Of a DNA stretch of 64,000 nt, positions 19,871 to 29,301 are shown piece by piece. The DNA comes from Patescibacteria group bacterium (GTDB lineage: Bacteria; Patescibacteriota; Patescibacteriia; UBA2591; CALHIP01). The notes under the pieces were generated by a model. That model ran no database searches, had not been told where the DNA came from, and saw only the letters and a list, made by a program, of their open reading frames with translations. The first letter of the stretch is position 1; every line of letters begins with the position of its first letter. Location: assembly GCA_026417895.1 (NCBI GenBank), contig JAOACJ010000014.1, forward strand, positions 63-64,062, in the 5' to 3' direction. The translations under genes were made by a program, and so were the position numbers.

Positions 19871-20908
19871 ATGTTTGACAAAATTTTTAGTCATTTTAGC
19901 AAGGATGTCGGCCTTGATTTAGGAACAACCAATACCAGGATTTATCTTAAGGGGAGGGGTTTAGTTATCAACCAACCATCGCTTGTAGCGATTAATACAA
20001 GAGTTGATCAATTGATTGCTATTGGTTTCGGAGCAAAAAAAATGTTGGGTAAGGCGCCAACCTATGTTTCTTTAGTTAAACCGATTGAAAACGGGGTGGT
20101 TACGGATTTTGAAGTGACGGAAAAAATGCTGCGCCACGCTTTTAATAAAATTTATACAGGTTTTTTTTCTCTTACTAGACCACGAGCCATTGTTGCCGTG
20201 CCTCTTGATATTACTGAGGTAGAAAAAAAGTCCTTTGAAGACGTTATTATCCAAGCTGGGGCGAGAGAAGTTTTTTTGGTTGAAAGACCGGTTGCTGCTG
20301 CCATTGGCATGAGACTACCAGTTAACGAATCGGTTGGTAATTTAGTGGCGGAAATTGGTGGTGGTCTAACGGAAGTGGCGGTCATTGCTTTAAATGGCAT
20401 TGTTGCCTGGAAATCTTTAAAAATTGGTGGTGAAACTTGGAGTAGAAATATCTGGCAATATGTCAAAGAGAAGTTTAATCTTTTACTTGGTGAACAAACA
20501 ATTGAAGAAATCAAAATTAAAATTGGTTCAGCTTTTCCTCAAAAAGAAAAAAGAGAAATGAAAGTAAAGGGTAGAGATTTGATTACTGGTTTACCAAAAG
20601 AAATTTCTTTGACTGATGAAGAAATCAGGGAGGCAATTTCACCGTCAGTCAACTTAATTGTCGAAGCTATTTCTGACACGATTGAAAAAACGCCACCTGA
20701 ATTAGTAGCGGACATTCTTAATCGGGGCATCCTTCTTTCTGGTGGTGGAGCAATGCTTAAAGGTTTAGATCAATTGGTTAATAAAAAAGTTAAAATTCCG
20801 ACCCATCTTACCGACGATCCATTAACTTCGGTGGTAAGAGGATTAGGTTTCATTTTAGAAGATTTTGAAAACTTAAAAACAGTTTTACTTCCTTCGTCAA
20901 GAGAATGA
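19871..20908 (+). CDS. mreB: rod shape-determining protein MreB
   Basis: 'DVGLDLGTTNTRIY', actin-fold motifs. Confidence 0.9.
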   Translation: MFDKIFSHFSKDVGLDLGTTNTRIYLKGRGLVINQPSLVAINTRVDQLIAIGFGAKKMLGKAPTYVSLVKPIENGVVTDFEVTEKMLRHAFNKIYTGFFSLTRPRAIVAVPLDITEVEKKSFEDVIIQAGAREVFLVERPVAAAIGMRLPVNESVGNLVAEIGGGLTEVAVIALNGIVAWKSLKIGGETWSRNIWQYVKEKFNLLLGEQTIEEIKIKIGSAFPQKEKREMKVKGRDLITGLPKEISLTDEEIREAISPSVNLIVEAISDTIEKTPPELVADILNRGILLSGGGAMLKGLDQLVNKKVKIPTHLTDDPLTSVVRGLGFILEDFENLKTVLLPSSRE

Positions 20909-20920
20909 AATTATTAGATT

Positions 20921-21709
20921 ATGGTTTCCAGGAAAATTAAGTATTTTGTTTTTTTCATTCTTGTTTTATTATTGATTGTTTTCTATAGACTTGGTTGGCT
21001 TTTTTTTATTGGCCAAATAATGCTACCTTTCCAGAAATTGTTTTTTCAATCAGAAAGCAAATCTTGGCAACAAAAAATAGTTAGAGAAGAAGAAAAATTA
21101 AAAAATGAAATTGAAAGGTTAACCTTGGAAAATATTAAACTTAAACTTTTAGAAAAAGAAAATGAAGAATTAAAGAAAGAATTAGGATATCAAAAAAATA
21201 GTTCTTATCGAAGAAAAGTATGCCGTCTTATTGGCCGTCAGACAGAGGCAGGTGTCACTTGGTTTATTTTAGATCAGGGAGAGGAAGAAGGTATAAAAAT
21301 TGGTCAGGCAGTTGTCAGTGGCGATGTTGTCGTTGGTAAGATAGCTAAAGTAACAAAATATTTTTCCTATCTTTTACCGCTGACCGATGAAAGAACAACT
21401 TTCTCTGCCTTAACTATATCTTCGGAAGGAAAGATTAAAGAAGAAAACAAGGTCAGTGGATTGGTGAGGGGAAAATGGGGGCTGTCTTTAGAAATGGACT
21501 GGATTCCTTTGGCAAAGAAAATAAATGTTGGTGATTATGTTATTACCGCTGGCCTTGAAGAAAATATTCCTCAAGGATTGTTGATTGGTCGGATTGGAAG
21601 CATTGAAAATAAAGTCGGGGCGATTTTTCAAAAAGCCGTTGTTTTACCAGAGAAAAAAATTGAAGATCTTAATATCGTGAGTGTTATTGTTATGAACAGT
21701 CGTCAGTAA
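20921..21709 (+). CDS. mreC: rod shape-determining protein MreC
   Basis: TM, coiled coil, beta domain. Position after mreB. Confidence 0.65.
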   Translation: MVSRKIKYFVFFILVLLLIVFYRLGWLFFIGQIMLPFQKLFFQSESKSWQQKIVREEEKLKNEIERLTLENIKLKLLEKENEELKKELGYQKNSSYRRKVCRLIGRQTEAGVTWFILDQGEEEGIKIGQAVVSGDVVVGKIAKVTKYFSYLLPLTDERTTFSALTISSEGKIKEENKVSGLVRGKWGLSLEMDWIPLAKKINVGDYVITAGLEENIPQGLLIGRIGSIENKVGAIFQKAVVLPEKKIEDLNIVSVIVMNSRQ

Positions 21710-21737
21710 GTGGCGAGTTTTCACAAATTTTACTTCT

Positions 21738-22238
21738 ATGATTACAATCATCTTCAATGTCATACTCGCATTTTTACTCGCGATGGTTCAATTAGCGATT
21801 ATTCCTACTAATGAAATTTTTCTTAACCTTACTCTCTGTTTAATTATTTATTTTACTCTTTACAATTTTTCTTTTGCTTTAATTCTGTCAATTCTGACCG
21901 GTCTTTTTCTGGATATTTTTTCAATTTTTGACTTCCCTCTTTTTACCCTTTCTTTTTTATCGACGCTCTTGATAACTTATTTTTTAGTTCATCGCTTTTT
22001 TACCCTAGAGAATTTTTGGTCGTTTTTGATTGTCTCCTTCGTTGGGATAATAGCCTATCATCTTAGTTTTTTGATTTTAAATCGTTTCTTCTCTCTTTTC
22101 AAAACTACCGAAATGATAATTTTTTTCAATAAAAAATACTTTTTTTATTTAATTTCTACGACTTTAATTAATTTAGGTTTTATTTCTCTACTCTTAATTA
22201 TAACGAATAGAAAAAAAGAAAAATTTTTAATAAAATGA
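21738..22238 (+). CDS. mreD: MreD-like membrane protein
   Basis: Small polytopic membrane protein between mreC and PBP2. Call rests on position. Confidence 0.4.
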   Translation: MITIIFNVILAFLLAMVQLAIIPTNEIFLNLTLCLIIYFTLYNFSFALILSILTGLFLDIFSIFDFPLFTLSFLSTLLITYFLVHRFFTLENFWSFLIVSFVGIIAYHLSFLILNRFFSLFKTTEMIIFFNKKYFFYLISTTLINLGFISLLLIITNRKKEKFLIK

Positions 22239-24112
22239 ATATCGATTTTAACTTTCCTGAAGAAAAAATAAAAGAGAGGGTAATAAAAAATTTTTCTCAT
22301 CGTGATTTTGCCGGCGAAGAATATTCCCCGTCTTTAGACGGCGAGGCACGACGAATTGCAATTAATAAAAAAATATTTGATCTTATCCTTATTCTGTTAT
22401 TTTTCTTTATTTTTTTAAATATAATTCAATTATTCAATCTTCAAATTGTCAAAGGTAATTATTATCTAAAAGTTGCCAGAGAAAATTCTGTGCGGATTGA
22501 GCCAATTAAAGCCGGACGTGGAATTATTTACGACCGTCAGTTAAGACCATTAGTTAGAAATATTCCAAAATTTTCTCTTTTTTGGGTTCCGACAAAAATT
22601 TCTCAACAAAGAAAAGAGGAAATGATTGAAAAACTGGCTGGTATTTTGAATCAAGAAAAGGAAGAGTTATCTTTCCTACTTCAAAAAACAACTTCCCATC
22701 AACCCGTTTTAGTCAAAGAAAGTTTAAATTACGAAGCAGCACTTCTTTTTGAGATAGAAAAGGAAAACTTTCCGGGTTTAATCCTACAAATTGAACAAGG
22801 TCGTCAATATTTAATGGGCCCTGAATTTTCCCACCTCTTGGGTTATACGGGTAAGATTTCTCCAGTGGAATTGGAAAGAGAAATAGGTTATTCGTATACT
22901 GACGAAATTGGTAAAGATGGGATAGAAAAATATTATGAAAAAAAACTCCGTGGTCGAGATGGTCGAAAAAGAGTTGAAACCGATCTTAAGGGGAGAGAGG
23001 TGGTCGTTGCTCAAGAACCAGCCAAAAATGGCGAAGACGTTATTTTAACCATTGATCTTGATTGGCAAAAGAAATTAGCCGAAATTCTTGCCAGACAAAT
23101 TAAAAGTGCTGGTGCTAATAGAGGAGCGGCTATTATTTTAAATCCAAAGAATGGAGAAATTTTAGCTTTGATCAGTTATCCTTACTTTGACAATAATCTT
23201 TTTAGTCAAGGTCTTTCAAAAAAAGAATTTGAAAAGATCAGACAGGATCCTAATCAGCCACTTTTTTTCCGGAGTATTGCTGGCGAATACATGTCTGGCT
23301 CAACAATAAAACCAGTTCTAGCCTTAGGAGCTTTAGAAGAGGGGATTATTGATGAACAAACAACGATCATAAGTACTGGCGCCCTTCAAGTCGGTAACCA
23401 ATTTTATTCTGATTGGAAGAAGGGTGGACATGGACCTACTCAAGTTAAAAAGGCTTTAGCCGAATCGGTTAATACTTTTTTCTATTTGATCGGTGGCGGT
23501 GATAAAAAATTTTTAGGCTTAGGACCAGAAAAAATGAATTTTTATCTCAACCAGTTTGGCTTGGGTAAAAAAACTAACATTGATCTCCCAGGAGAAAGAG
23601 ATGGTTTTTTGCCTTCGCCGGCATGGAAAAAAACAGCAAAAAATGAGGATTGGTACATTGGCGATTCTTATAATTTATCCATTGGTCATGGCGAAATTAG
23701 GACCACCCCTCTACAGATTGCTTATTTGACGGGTCTGATTGCTAACGAAGGCCAACTATTTCAACCTCATCTTCTCAAGGAAAATTCTCTAAATCAAGAA
23801 TTTTCTACTCTCCCGTTTAAAAAAGAAAACTTTAAAATTGTTAAAGAAGGAATGAGAGAGGCGGTGATTTACGGTACCGCTAAGGCTCTAAATAATTTAT
23901 CCATCAAGGTGGCTGGTAAAACCGGAACTGTTGAGACAAATGATGGTCGACCCCATTCTTGGTTTACTTGTTTTTTTCCTTACGATGATCCGAGAGTCGT
24001 TATGACAGTTTTAATCGAAAACGGTGGCGAGGGGAGTGGTCCGGCTTTGAGAACGGTCAAAGAATTTTTAGAATGGTATATTAAAAATGAAAATTCAAGA
24101 TCAAAATTTTAA
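22235..24112 (+). CDS. mrdA: penicillin-binding protein 2 (transpeptidase)
   Basis: 'SGSTIKP' (SxxK), 'KTGT'. Confidence 0.8.
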   Translation: MNIDFNFPEEKIKERVIKNFSHRDFAGEEYSPSLDGEARRIAINKKIFDLILILLFFFIFLNIIQLFNLQIVKGNYYLKVARENSVRIEPIKAGRGIIYDRQLRPLVRNIPKFSLFWVPTKISQQRKEEMIEKLAGILNQEKEELSFLLQKTTSHQPVLVKESLNYEAALLFEIEKENFPGLILQIEQGRQYLMGPEFSHLLGYTGKISPVELEREIGYSYTDEIGKDGIEKYYEKKLRGRDGRKRVETDLKGREVVVAQEPAKNGEDVILTIDLDWQKKLAEILARQIKSAGANRGAAIILNPKNGEILALISYPYFDNNLFSQGLSKKEFEKIRQDPNQPLFFRSIAGEYMSGSTIKPVLALGALEEGIIDEQTTIISTGALQVGNQFYSDWKKGGHGPTQVKKALAESVNTFFYLIGGGDKKFLGLGPEKMNFYLNQFGLGKKTNIDLPGERDGFLPSPAWKKTAKNEDWYIGDSYNLSIGHGEIRTTPLQIAYLTGLIANEGQLFQPHLLKENSLNQEFSTLPFKKENFKIVKEGMREAVIYGTAKALNNLSIKVAGKTGTVETNDGRPHSWFTCFFPYDDPRVVMTVLIENGGEGSGPALRTVKEFLEWYIKNENSRSKF

Positions 24113-24132
24113 AATTTAAGATTAATTTTTTT

Positions 24133-24807
24133 ATGAAAAAAATTGTTATCAGTTTAGGCGGTTCCTTAATTGTGCCAAAGGTTGGTTTTTTAGATTTAAA
24201 TTTTATTAAAAAATTTAAAAATTTAATTTTAAAATTTGCCCGAAAATATAGAATTTTTATTGTTGTAGGTGGAGGGAAATTGGCTCGTTTTTATCAGCAA
24301 GAGGCCAGACATTTAAAAATTAAAAGAACCGATTTAGATTGGTTAGGTATTTTCGCTTCGCGATTGAATACTCAGTTTGTTAAAAGCTTTTTTGACCAGC
24401 AATCATTTTCGGAAATTGTTACCTCTCCTTTAAAGAAAATAAAAACAAAAAAAATCGTTTTCTTGAGTGGCTGGAAGCCGGGTTGGACCACTGATTTTGT
24501 TGCCACGAAGATTTGTCAAGTCTATAAAGTAAAAGAGATTCTTAATTTGACTAATGTTGATTATATTTACGACCGAGATCCAAGAAAAAATAAAAAAGCA
24601 AAACCATTAAAAAAAATTTCTTGGTCTGATTACCTAAAAATTATTGGTCGAAGATTTAAACCCGGCGGAAACTATCCTTTTGATCCGGTGGCAAGTTTAT
24701 TGGCCAAAAAACTAAAAATTAAGTTAATCAGCCTGAATGGTAAAAATTTAAAGGCTGTGGATAACTATTTGACAGGAAAAAAATTTATTGGTAGTATTAT
24801 AAAATAG
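24133..24807 (+). CDS. pyrH: UMP kinase, archaeal-type
   Basis: 'ISLGGSLIVP', 'VVGGGKLAR'. Similar to Pyrococcus UMPK along its length. Confidence 0.7.
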   Translation: MKKIVISLGGSLIVPKVGFLDLNFIKKFKNLILKFARKYRIFIVVGGGKLARFYQQEARHLKIKRTDLDWLGIFASRLNTQFVKSFFDQQSFSEIVTSPLKKIKTKKIVFLSGWKPGWTTDFVATKICQVYKVKEILNLTNVDYIYDRDPRKNKKAKPLKKISWSDYLKIIGRRFKPGGNYPFDPVASLLAKKLKIKLISLNGKNLKAVDNYLTGKKFIGSIIK

Positions 24808-24883
24808 CCGTAGACAAGAGGTTTCGCCACGAAAGCGGATTAAAATCCTCTCGAGGCTTTGAAGATTTTATTCTTGTCTACGG
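24808..24883 (+). promoter_or_regulatory. long hairpin (12-bp perfect stem) in the rplJ 5' leader; candidate L10-leader autoregulatory element or terminator
   Basis: 'ccgtagacaaga...tcttgtctacgg' encloses an inner 'gagg-tt-tcgc-cacgaaa-gcgg-...-cctc' hairpin. Lies 23 nt upstream of the rplJ ATG. Confidence 0.3.
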
Positions 24884-24905
24884 TTCAGGTAGACAAATTT
24901 TCTTT

Positions 24906-25427
24906 ATGGCCAAAACAAGGGAACAAAAAAAAGAGATTTTAAAGAAATTGGAAGAAAAAATTTCTCAAGCCAAATCTTTGGTTTTAGTTGGCTATCAAAA
25001 AATCAAGAGTAAAGATCAGGAAAGGTTAAGAAAGATGGCCAAGGAAAGAGGTGGTGAGTTTATGGTTGTCAAAAAAAACCTTTTCAAATTAGCCTGGCAA
25101 AGATTAAATTTAGAAAAAGAATGGTTGGAAAAAATTGATCAAGAAATAGGCTTAGTTCTTGGTTATCAAGATGAAATTCTCCCGGCTAAAATTTGTGTTG
25201 ATTTTAATCGAGAGAATGAAAATTTAAAAATTAAAGCTGGTTTTTTTAATCGTCGCCTTATCGATCTCTCGGAAATTAAATTTTTAGCCATCCTGCCTTC
25301 AAAAGAAGTTCTTTTGCGACAATTATTATTTTCAATTAGAGCCCCTTTAGATAAATTTATCAACGTTTTAAGAGGTAATCTAAAATCTTTTGTCTATCTT
25401 CTACATTTAATCTCTCAAAAAAGTTAA
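24906..25427 (+). CDS. rplJ: 50S ribosomal protein L10
   Basis: '[31 protein letters not shown]'. Confidence 0.85.
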   Translation: MAKTREQKKEILKKLEEKISQAKSLVLVGYQKIKSKDQERLRKMAKERGGEFMVVKKNLFKLAWQRLNLEKEWLEKIDQEIGLVLGYQDEILPAKICVDFNRENENLKIKAGFFNRRLIDLSEIKFLAILPSKEVLLRQLLFSIRAPLDKFINVLRGNLKSFVYLLHLISQKS

Positions 25428-25437
25428 ATTTTTTCTT

Positions 25438-25851
25438 ATGAGCGAAGAAAAAAAACAAAAAGAAGTAAAAACTCCTGAAAAATTCAAAGATTTGGTGGAG
25501 AAAATTGAAAAGCTCTCTGTTCTAGAATTGGCTGAATTGGTAAAAATTTTAGAAGAAAAATTTGGTGTCTCGACTCAAGCCGCCGTTGTGGCGCCAGCCA
25601 GTGCCGTTACGCCAACTGAAGTTAAAAAAGAAGAAGAAAAAAATTCTTTTGACATTGAATTAACTGAAGTTGGAGCGAATAAAATCGCCGTTATCAAAAT
25701 TGTTCGCGATCTGAGTGGTAAAGGTCTAAAAGAAGCAAAAGATCTAGTAGATACGGCACCAAAAATTATCAAAGAAAAAGCAAGTAAAGAAGAGGCAGAG
25801 GAAATAAAGAAAAAATTAGAAGAGGTAGGGGCTAAAGTGACTTTAAAGTAG
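25438..25851 (+). CDS. rplL: 50S ribosomal protein L7/L12
   Basis: '[19 protein letters not shown]...[20 protein letters not shown]'. Confidence 0.9.
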   Translation: MSEEKKQKEVKTPEKFKDLVEKIEKLSVLELAELVKILEEKFGVSTQAAVVAPASAVTPTEVKKEEEKNSFDIELTEVGANKIAVIKIVRDLSGKGLKEAKDLVDTAPKIIKEKASKEEAEEIKKKLEEVGAKVTLK

Positions 25852-25894
25852 TTTGCCCCTTTCATCAAGAAACAATGGATTGTATGAATTATAA

Positions 25895-25927
25895 AAACCG
25901 CCAATTGCGGAGGCAGTTTTTGATTTA
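25895..25927. terminator. bidirectional rho-independent terminator between convergent rplL and a minus-strand gene
   Basis: 'aaaaaccgcc-aattgcgga-ggcagttttt'. Confidence 0.5.
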
Positions 25928-25956
25928 ATTGCCTTTTACATTTCTATCTTCACAAT

Positions 25957-28014
25957 TTATAATTCTATCTCAACAATCTGTGACCTATTAAGCAGCCAGA
26001 TCTTTGTTTCTTTTTCGTCAACAAAAAGATCTTTTAGATCAGTAAATTTTTCCGAAGTGATTTGTTTGATCAATTTTCCGTTTTTATCTAAAAGAACAAT
26101 TCTTTTATTTTCCGGTTCTAAGAGATAAATATATTTAAAATCTGGCTGAGTAAGAATCTTCGTCACTTTTTTTATTTCTGGATAAACCCTTTCTTGATCA
26201 AATTTTGATTTTCTACCTAAATAAAATTTTAAAATTTCACCATTCTCTTTTAAAAGATAAATTGAACCATCAATAGTCAATGAAACGATGTTTTTTAAAT
26301 CTACTTTTTCTTTTAACCAATTTGATTCTTGACCAAAACCTTCTTCTAATTTTAAATATTTAAAAATTTGATTATTTTTTTGATCTAGAATATAAAGTTT
26401 ATGGTCGTAGATTTCTAAATCACTGATTGATAACTCTTTTTGTTTGGTTTCTAATTTTAAGGGAGAGATTTTTTTATTTCTTTGATTAAAAAGATAAATT
26501 TTATTCCCTGCCAATAAAATCAATTCGTCTGTTGTATAATTTAAAAATTTTTGTAGAGACAAATCTAATTTGACCAGCGAAGAGGCCCTTCCTATTTTTT
26601 GATCAAAGTCATAAATTTCTTTTAATCTTTTATTAAAAACAAAAAATTTATTATTTTGGAAAGAAAAATTTTCAAACTGACCATTTTTATCCAGAGAAGA
26701 AAGGCTAGTGACTATTTTTGGCTCAGCAATTTTTTCAATTTTATAAAGTTTCTCTAAACTTTCTTCAAAATTATTTTTTAGATTGTTAAAAATTTCTTTT
26801 TCCCAGACTGATTTGGGTTTCAGAAAAATAATTTTATCTTCTATCTCCTTGGCGAGAGTTAAAGCATTTTTTTGGTCAGCATAAATAAGGCTGGCCTTAA
26901 GAAGAGTAATTTTTTCTTGAACCTCCTGAAAGGTTTGGAAAAACTTGGGATTAATTCGGTCTCTATTAACTAAATGAAGGAAATTAAGAATCATCATAAC
27001 GATTAGAATGGTCAATAGAAAAGAGGTAAATTTAATTTTAGGGCGTGGCATTTGCTTGAAAAGGGAGAGAAAAGCATTGAAAATTGGAGGGAAAAAAGAG
27101 AGAGAGATTTTCGGAAGTTTTAGGCTTGGTTTTTTTTCTGGTTTTTTAAAGGGCTCTTCTTTCTTATTGCCATGAATAAAAATTTCTTTTACTTCTTCCT
27201 TGGTCGACTGAACGATGATTTTTGTTGGTACACTAACTGGTTTTATTTCTTCGGTCAAAATTTTTGGCTTTTCTTTTTCTTCGGTGACAAGAGTGGCGAT
27301 TTCCTTTGTTTTTCTCTCTTTCTCTTTTTTAATTAAAAAAACACCGATAGAAATTTCTTCTTTTAAATTTTCTAACGATCTTTCTAAATTTTTCATAGCC
27401 ATCGCCATAGGCGATTTAAATAAACAGTCCCTCAATTTTTCAAAATTAAAATAATCTAAAAAATTGTCCGTAGCAAAAATGAGGAGATCATTTTTTTCTA
27501 AACTGCCACTGATGATTTGGGTGAAGGTTTTAAATGATGTCTGATAACTCTTCTCAGCTGGCTGATAGAGAGGAAGCATTTTATCTTTTCTTAAAATAAA
27601 AGCTTGCATCAGACCAACGGGTGAGAAATAAATTTTTTCTTCTTTGATGACAGCGACGATGGCATTAAGATTTCTAACTAATTTTTCAAAAATTTTTGAA
27701 CCGATAATTTCTTGAGAAATGAGACGGTTAACTTTTTGTAAAGCATTTTCTAAAACTATTTCGACATTATCTGACTCTTTTAAATTTTCAGGTGTGTAAT
27801 AGTTAGTTTTTAAACCATTAATAATAATTTCGGAAACCTCTTTGGTTAAAGAATGAATATTTTTTTCTAGATTAGGCGGAATAGCTAATTGAATTAAAAA
27901 AATAGTTTCTCCTAAAAGTTTTTTATGAAGAGTTGGTGGGACAAAATGCTGTGATTCGACAACGAGATTATTTTTTTTAGGATTAGACAAACAAAATTTT
28001 GAAATTTCTAGCAT
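25957..28014 (-). CDS. hypothetical membrane protein (N-terminal cytoplasmic domain, central TM, C-terminal beta-rich domain)
   Basis: ORF with internal TM 'FTSFLLTILIVMMILNFL'. No confident family. Confidence 0.4.
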   Translation of the reverse strand: MLEISKFCLSNPKKNNLVVESQHFVPPTLHKKLLGETIFLIQLAIPPNLEKNIHSLTKEVSEIIINGLKTNYYTPENLKESDNVEIVLENALQKVNRLISQEIIGSKIFEKLVRNLNAIVAVIKEEKIYFSPVGLMQAFILRKDKMLPLYQPAEKSYQTSFKTFTQIISGSLEKNDLLIFATDNFLDYFNFEKLRDCLFKSPMAMAMKNLERSLENLKEEISIGVFLIKKEKERKTKEIATLVTEEKEKPKILTEEIKPVSVPTKIIVQSTKEEVKEIFIHGNKKEEPFKKPEKKPSLKLPKISLSFFPPIFNAFLSLFKQMPRPKIKFTSFLLTILIVMMILNFLHLVNRDRINPKFFQTFQEVQEKITLLKASLIYADQKNALTLAKEIEDKIIFLKPKSVWEKEIFNNLKNNFEESLEKLYKIEKIAEPKIVTSLSSLDKNGQFENFSFQNNKFFVFNKRLKEIYDFDQKIGRASSLVKLDLSLQKFLNYTTDELILLAGNKIYLFNQRNKKISPLKLETKQKELSISDLEIYDHKLYILDQKNNQIFKYLKLEEGFGQESNWLKEKVDLKNIVSLTIDGSIYLLKENGEILKFYLGRKSKFDQERVYPEIKKVTKILTQPDFKYIYLLEPENKRIVLLDKNGKLIKQITSEKFTDLKDLFVDEKETKIWLLNRSQIVEIEL

Positions 28015-28087
28015 AACTATTGCTTTATTTTCATTATTTATATATTATTATAAATAATTATAAATAAAAATATTTTTCCAGTCAATT

Positions 28088-28468
28088 ATGATTTTAGTTA
28101 TTAATACTTCGATAAAACCGTATTTTATTGCCTCAGCGACAAAGAGAAAGATAAAAATTTTTTATCTTAAAGATGAAGATCTCAACATTTTAGTTCAATT
28201 AGAACAATTTTTAAAGAAAAACCAAATTAAATGGAATCAAATTTCTGGTCTTGTTATAGTTCCCGATTATCTTTCTTTTACTCGACAAAGAATTATAATT
28301 ACAGTGGCTAATATTTTGGGTATTTTTTTAAATTTAGCCGTGGGTTTAGTCAATCAAAACGAATTTCAAAATATGGAAGAATTAATCAAGATCGGACAGA
28401 AGAGGTTGAGAAGAGGAACGATTCCTTTAGTTTATCATAAAGAGCCAAACATTACTACCAGTCGTTAG
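28088..28468 (+). CDS. TsaB/YeaZ-like N-terminal domain protein (short)
   Basis: 'MILVINTS' and 'GLVIVPDYLSFTRQRIIITVANILG' resemble the TsaB GPGSFTGxRIG region. Confidence 0.4.
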   Translation: MILVINTSIKPYFIASATKRKIKIFYLKDEDLNILVQLEQFLKKNQIKWNQISGLVIVPDYLSFTRQRIIITVANILGIFLNLAVGLVNQNEFQNMEELIKIGQKRLRRGTIPLVYHKEPNITTSR

Positions 28469-28495
28469 GTTTTTGCCTTAATAATTTTATTTTGA

Positions 28496-28525
28496 TTTTT
28501 AACCCGAAAAGGGTTAATTTTTTAT
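28496..28525. terminator. hairpin terminator 'ttaaccc-gaaaa-gggttaa' flanked by A/T runs
   Basis: Seen directly in the sequence. Confidence 0.4.
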
Positions 28526-28617
28526 CCCCAAATTATCCACAACCCAAAATTGACTAGTGGAAAAAAATGGGGTATTGTGTATTCGATGAATATAATTGTG
28601 GATAAATGTGGGGATAA
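28522..28617. promoter_or_regulatory. cluster of DnaA-box-like 9-mers (TTATCCCCA, TTATCCACA, TGTGGATAA, TGTGGGGATAA)
   Basis: One perfect TTATCCACA on the plus strand and one on the minus strand, plus two one-off variants, all within 96 bp. An AT-rich stretch lies upstream. Confidence 0.4.
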
Positions 28618-28679
28618 GTCAGCGAAATTGTGAATAAGTGCCGATTTTGTCTGAACGTTAGTGAAGATACAGAATCGAG

Positions 28680-28797
28680 CACCCCGCCCTTATTCCAACA
28701 ATAAACTTACAAAATATAGAAAGTAAAAGGCGAAGCCGCCTTACAGTTTTCATCTTTGTAAATCACAAGTTTTTCGAGAGAATAAGTGCGGGGTACG
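28680..28797 (+). ncRNA. conserved structured element, copy 1 (mraZ leader)
   Basis: 5' 'caccccgcccttattcc...aaaaggcgaagccgcc' and a 3' complementary arm 'gaataagtgcggggtacgg'. About 80% identical to the minus-strand element at 39226-39311. Confidence 0.35.
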
Positions 28798-28860
28798 GAA
28801 TTTTGTCCTAAAATTTCCATCGCTCTGCTCTGCGCGCTCGTAAATTTTAACCAAATTCGT

Positions 28861-29292
28861 ATGTTTATTGGCGAATACCACTATAAACTTGATGAAAAGG
28901 GAAGGTTAGCTATTCCTCCTAAATTTCGTTTAAGCTTTAAAAAGGGAACGGTTGTGACACGGGGCCTTGATAATTGTCTTTTTCTCTACCCAAAACCAGA
29001 ATGGCAAAAATTGGCTTTAAAGCTTTCTCAATTGCCTATTAGTAAAGCAAAAACAAGAGCTTTTGGTCGCTTAATGTTAGCCGGAGCAATGGATGTGATT
29101 TTAGATCGTCAGGGGAGAATTATTTTACCTGACTATTTAAGAAACTATGCCAAAATCAAAAAAAATGTTGTCATTGCTGGTCTCTATAACCGATTAGAAA
29201 TTTGGGATGAAAAAGAATGGGAGGAGTATAAAAGACAGTCAGAAAGAGAAAGTAGGGATATTGCCGAAACTCTAGGTGAATTAGGTGTCTAA
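28861..29292 (+). CDS. mraZ: transcriptional regulator MraZ
   Basis: 'MFIGEYHYKLDEKGRLAIPPKFR', duplicated SpoVT-AbrB-like halves. The ORF-track start at 28786 is rejected. Confidence 0.85.
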   Translation: MFIGEYHYKLDEKGRLAIPPKFRLSFKKGTVVTRGLDNCLFLYPKPEWQKLALKLSQLPISKAKTRAFGRLMLAGAMDVILDRQGRIILPDYLRNYAKIKKNVVIAGLYNRLEIWDEKEWEEYKRQSERESRDIAETLGELGV

Positions 29293-29301
29293 CGAAAATT
29301 T

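Noticed and set aside
28469-28620. Calling this region the chromosomal origin (oriC)
   Set aside because: DnaA boxes and AT-rich DNA are present, but there is no dnaA/dnaN nearby, and the upstream 26 kb is almost entirely plus strand, which would be head-on to a leftward fork. It is kept only as a DnaA-box cluster of uncertain function.
28786-28860. ORF-track 5' extension of mraZ (MRGTEFCPKISIA...)
   Set aside because: MraZ family proteins start at 'MF(I/L/M)GE'. The extension would cover the conserved non-coding element and has no homology.
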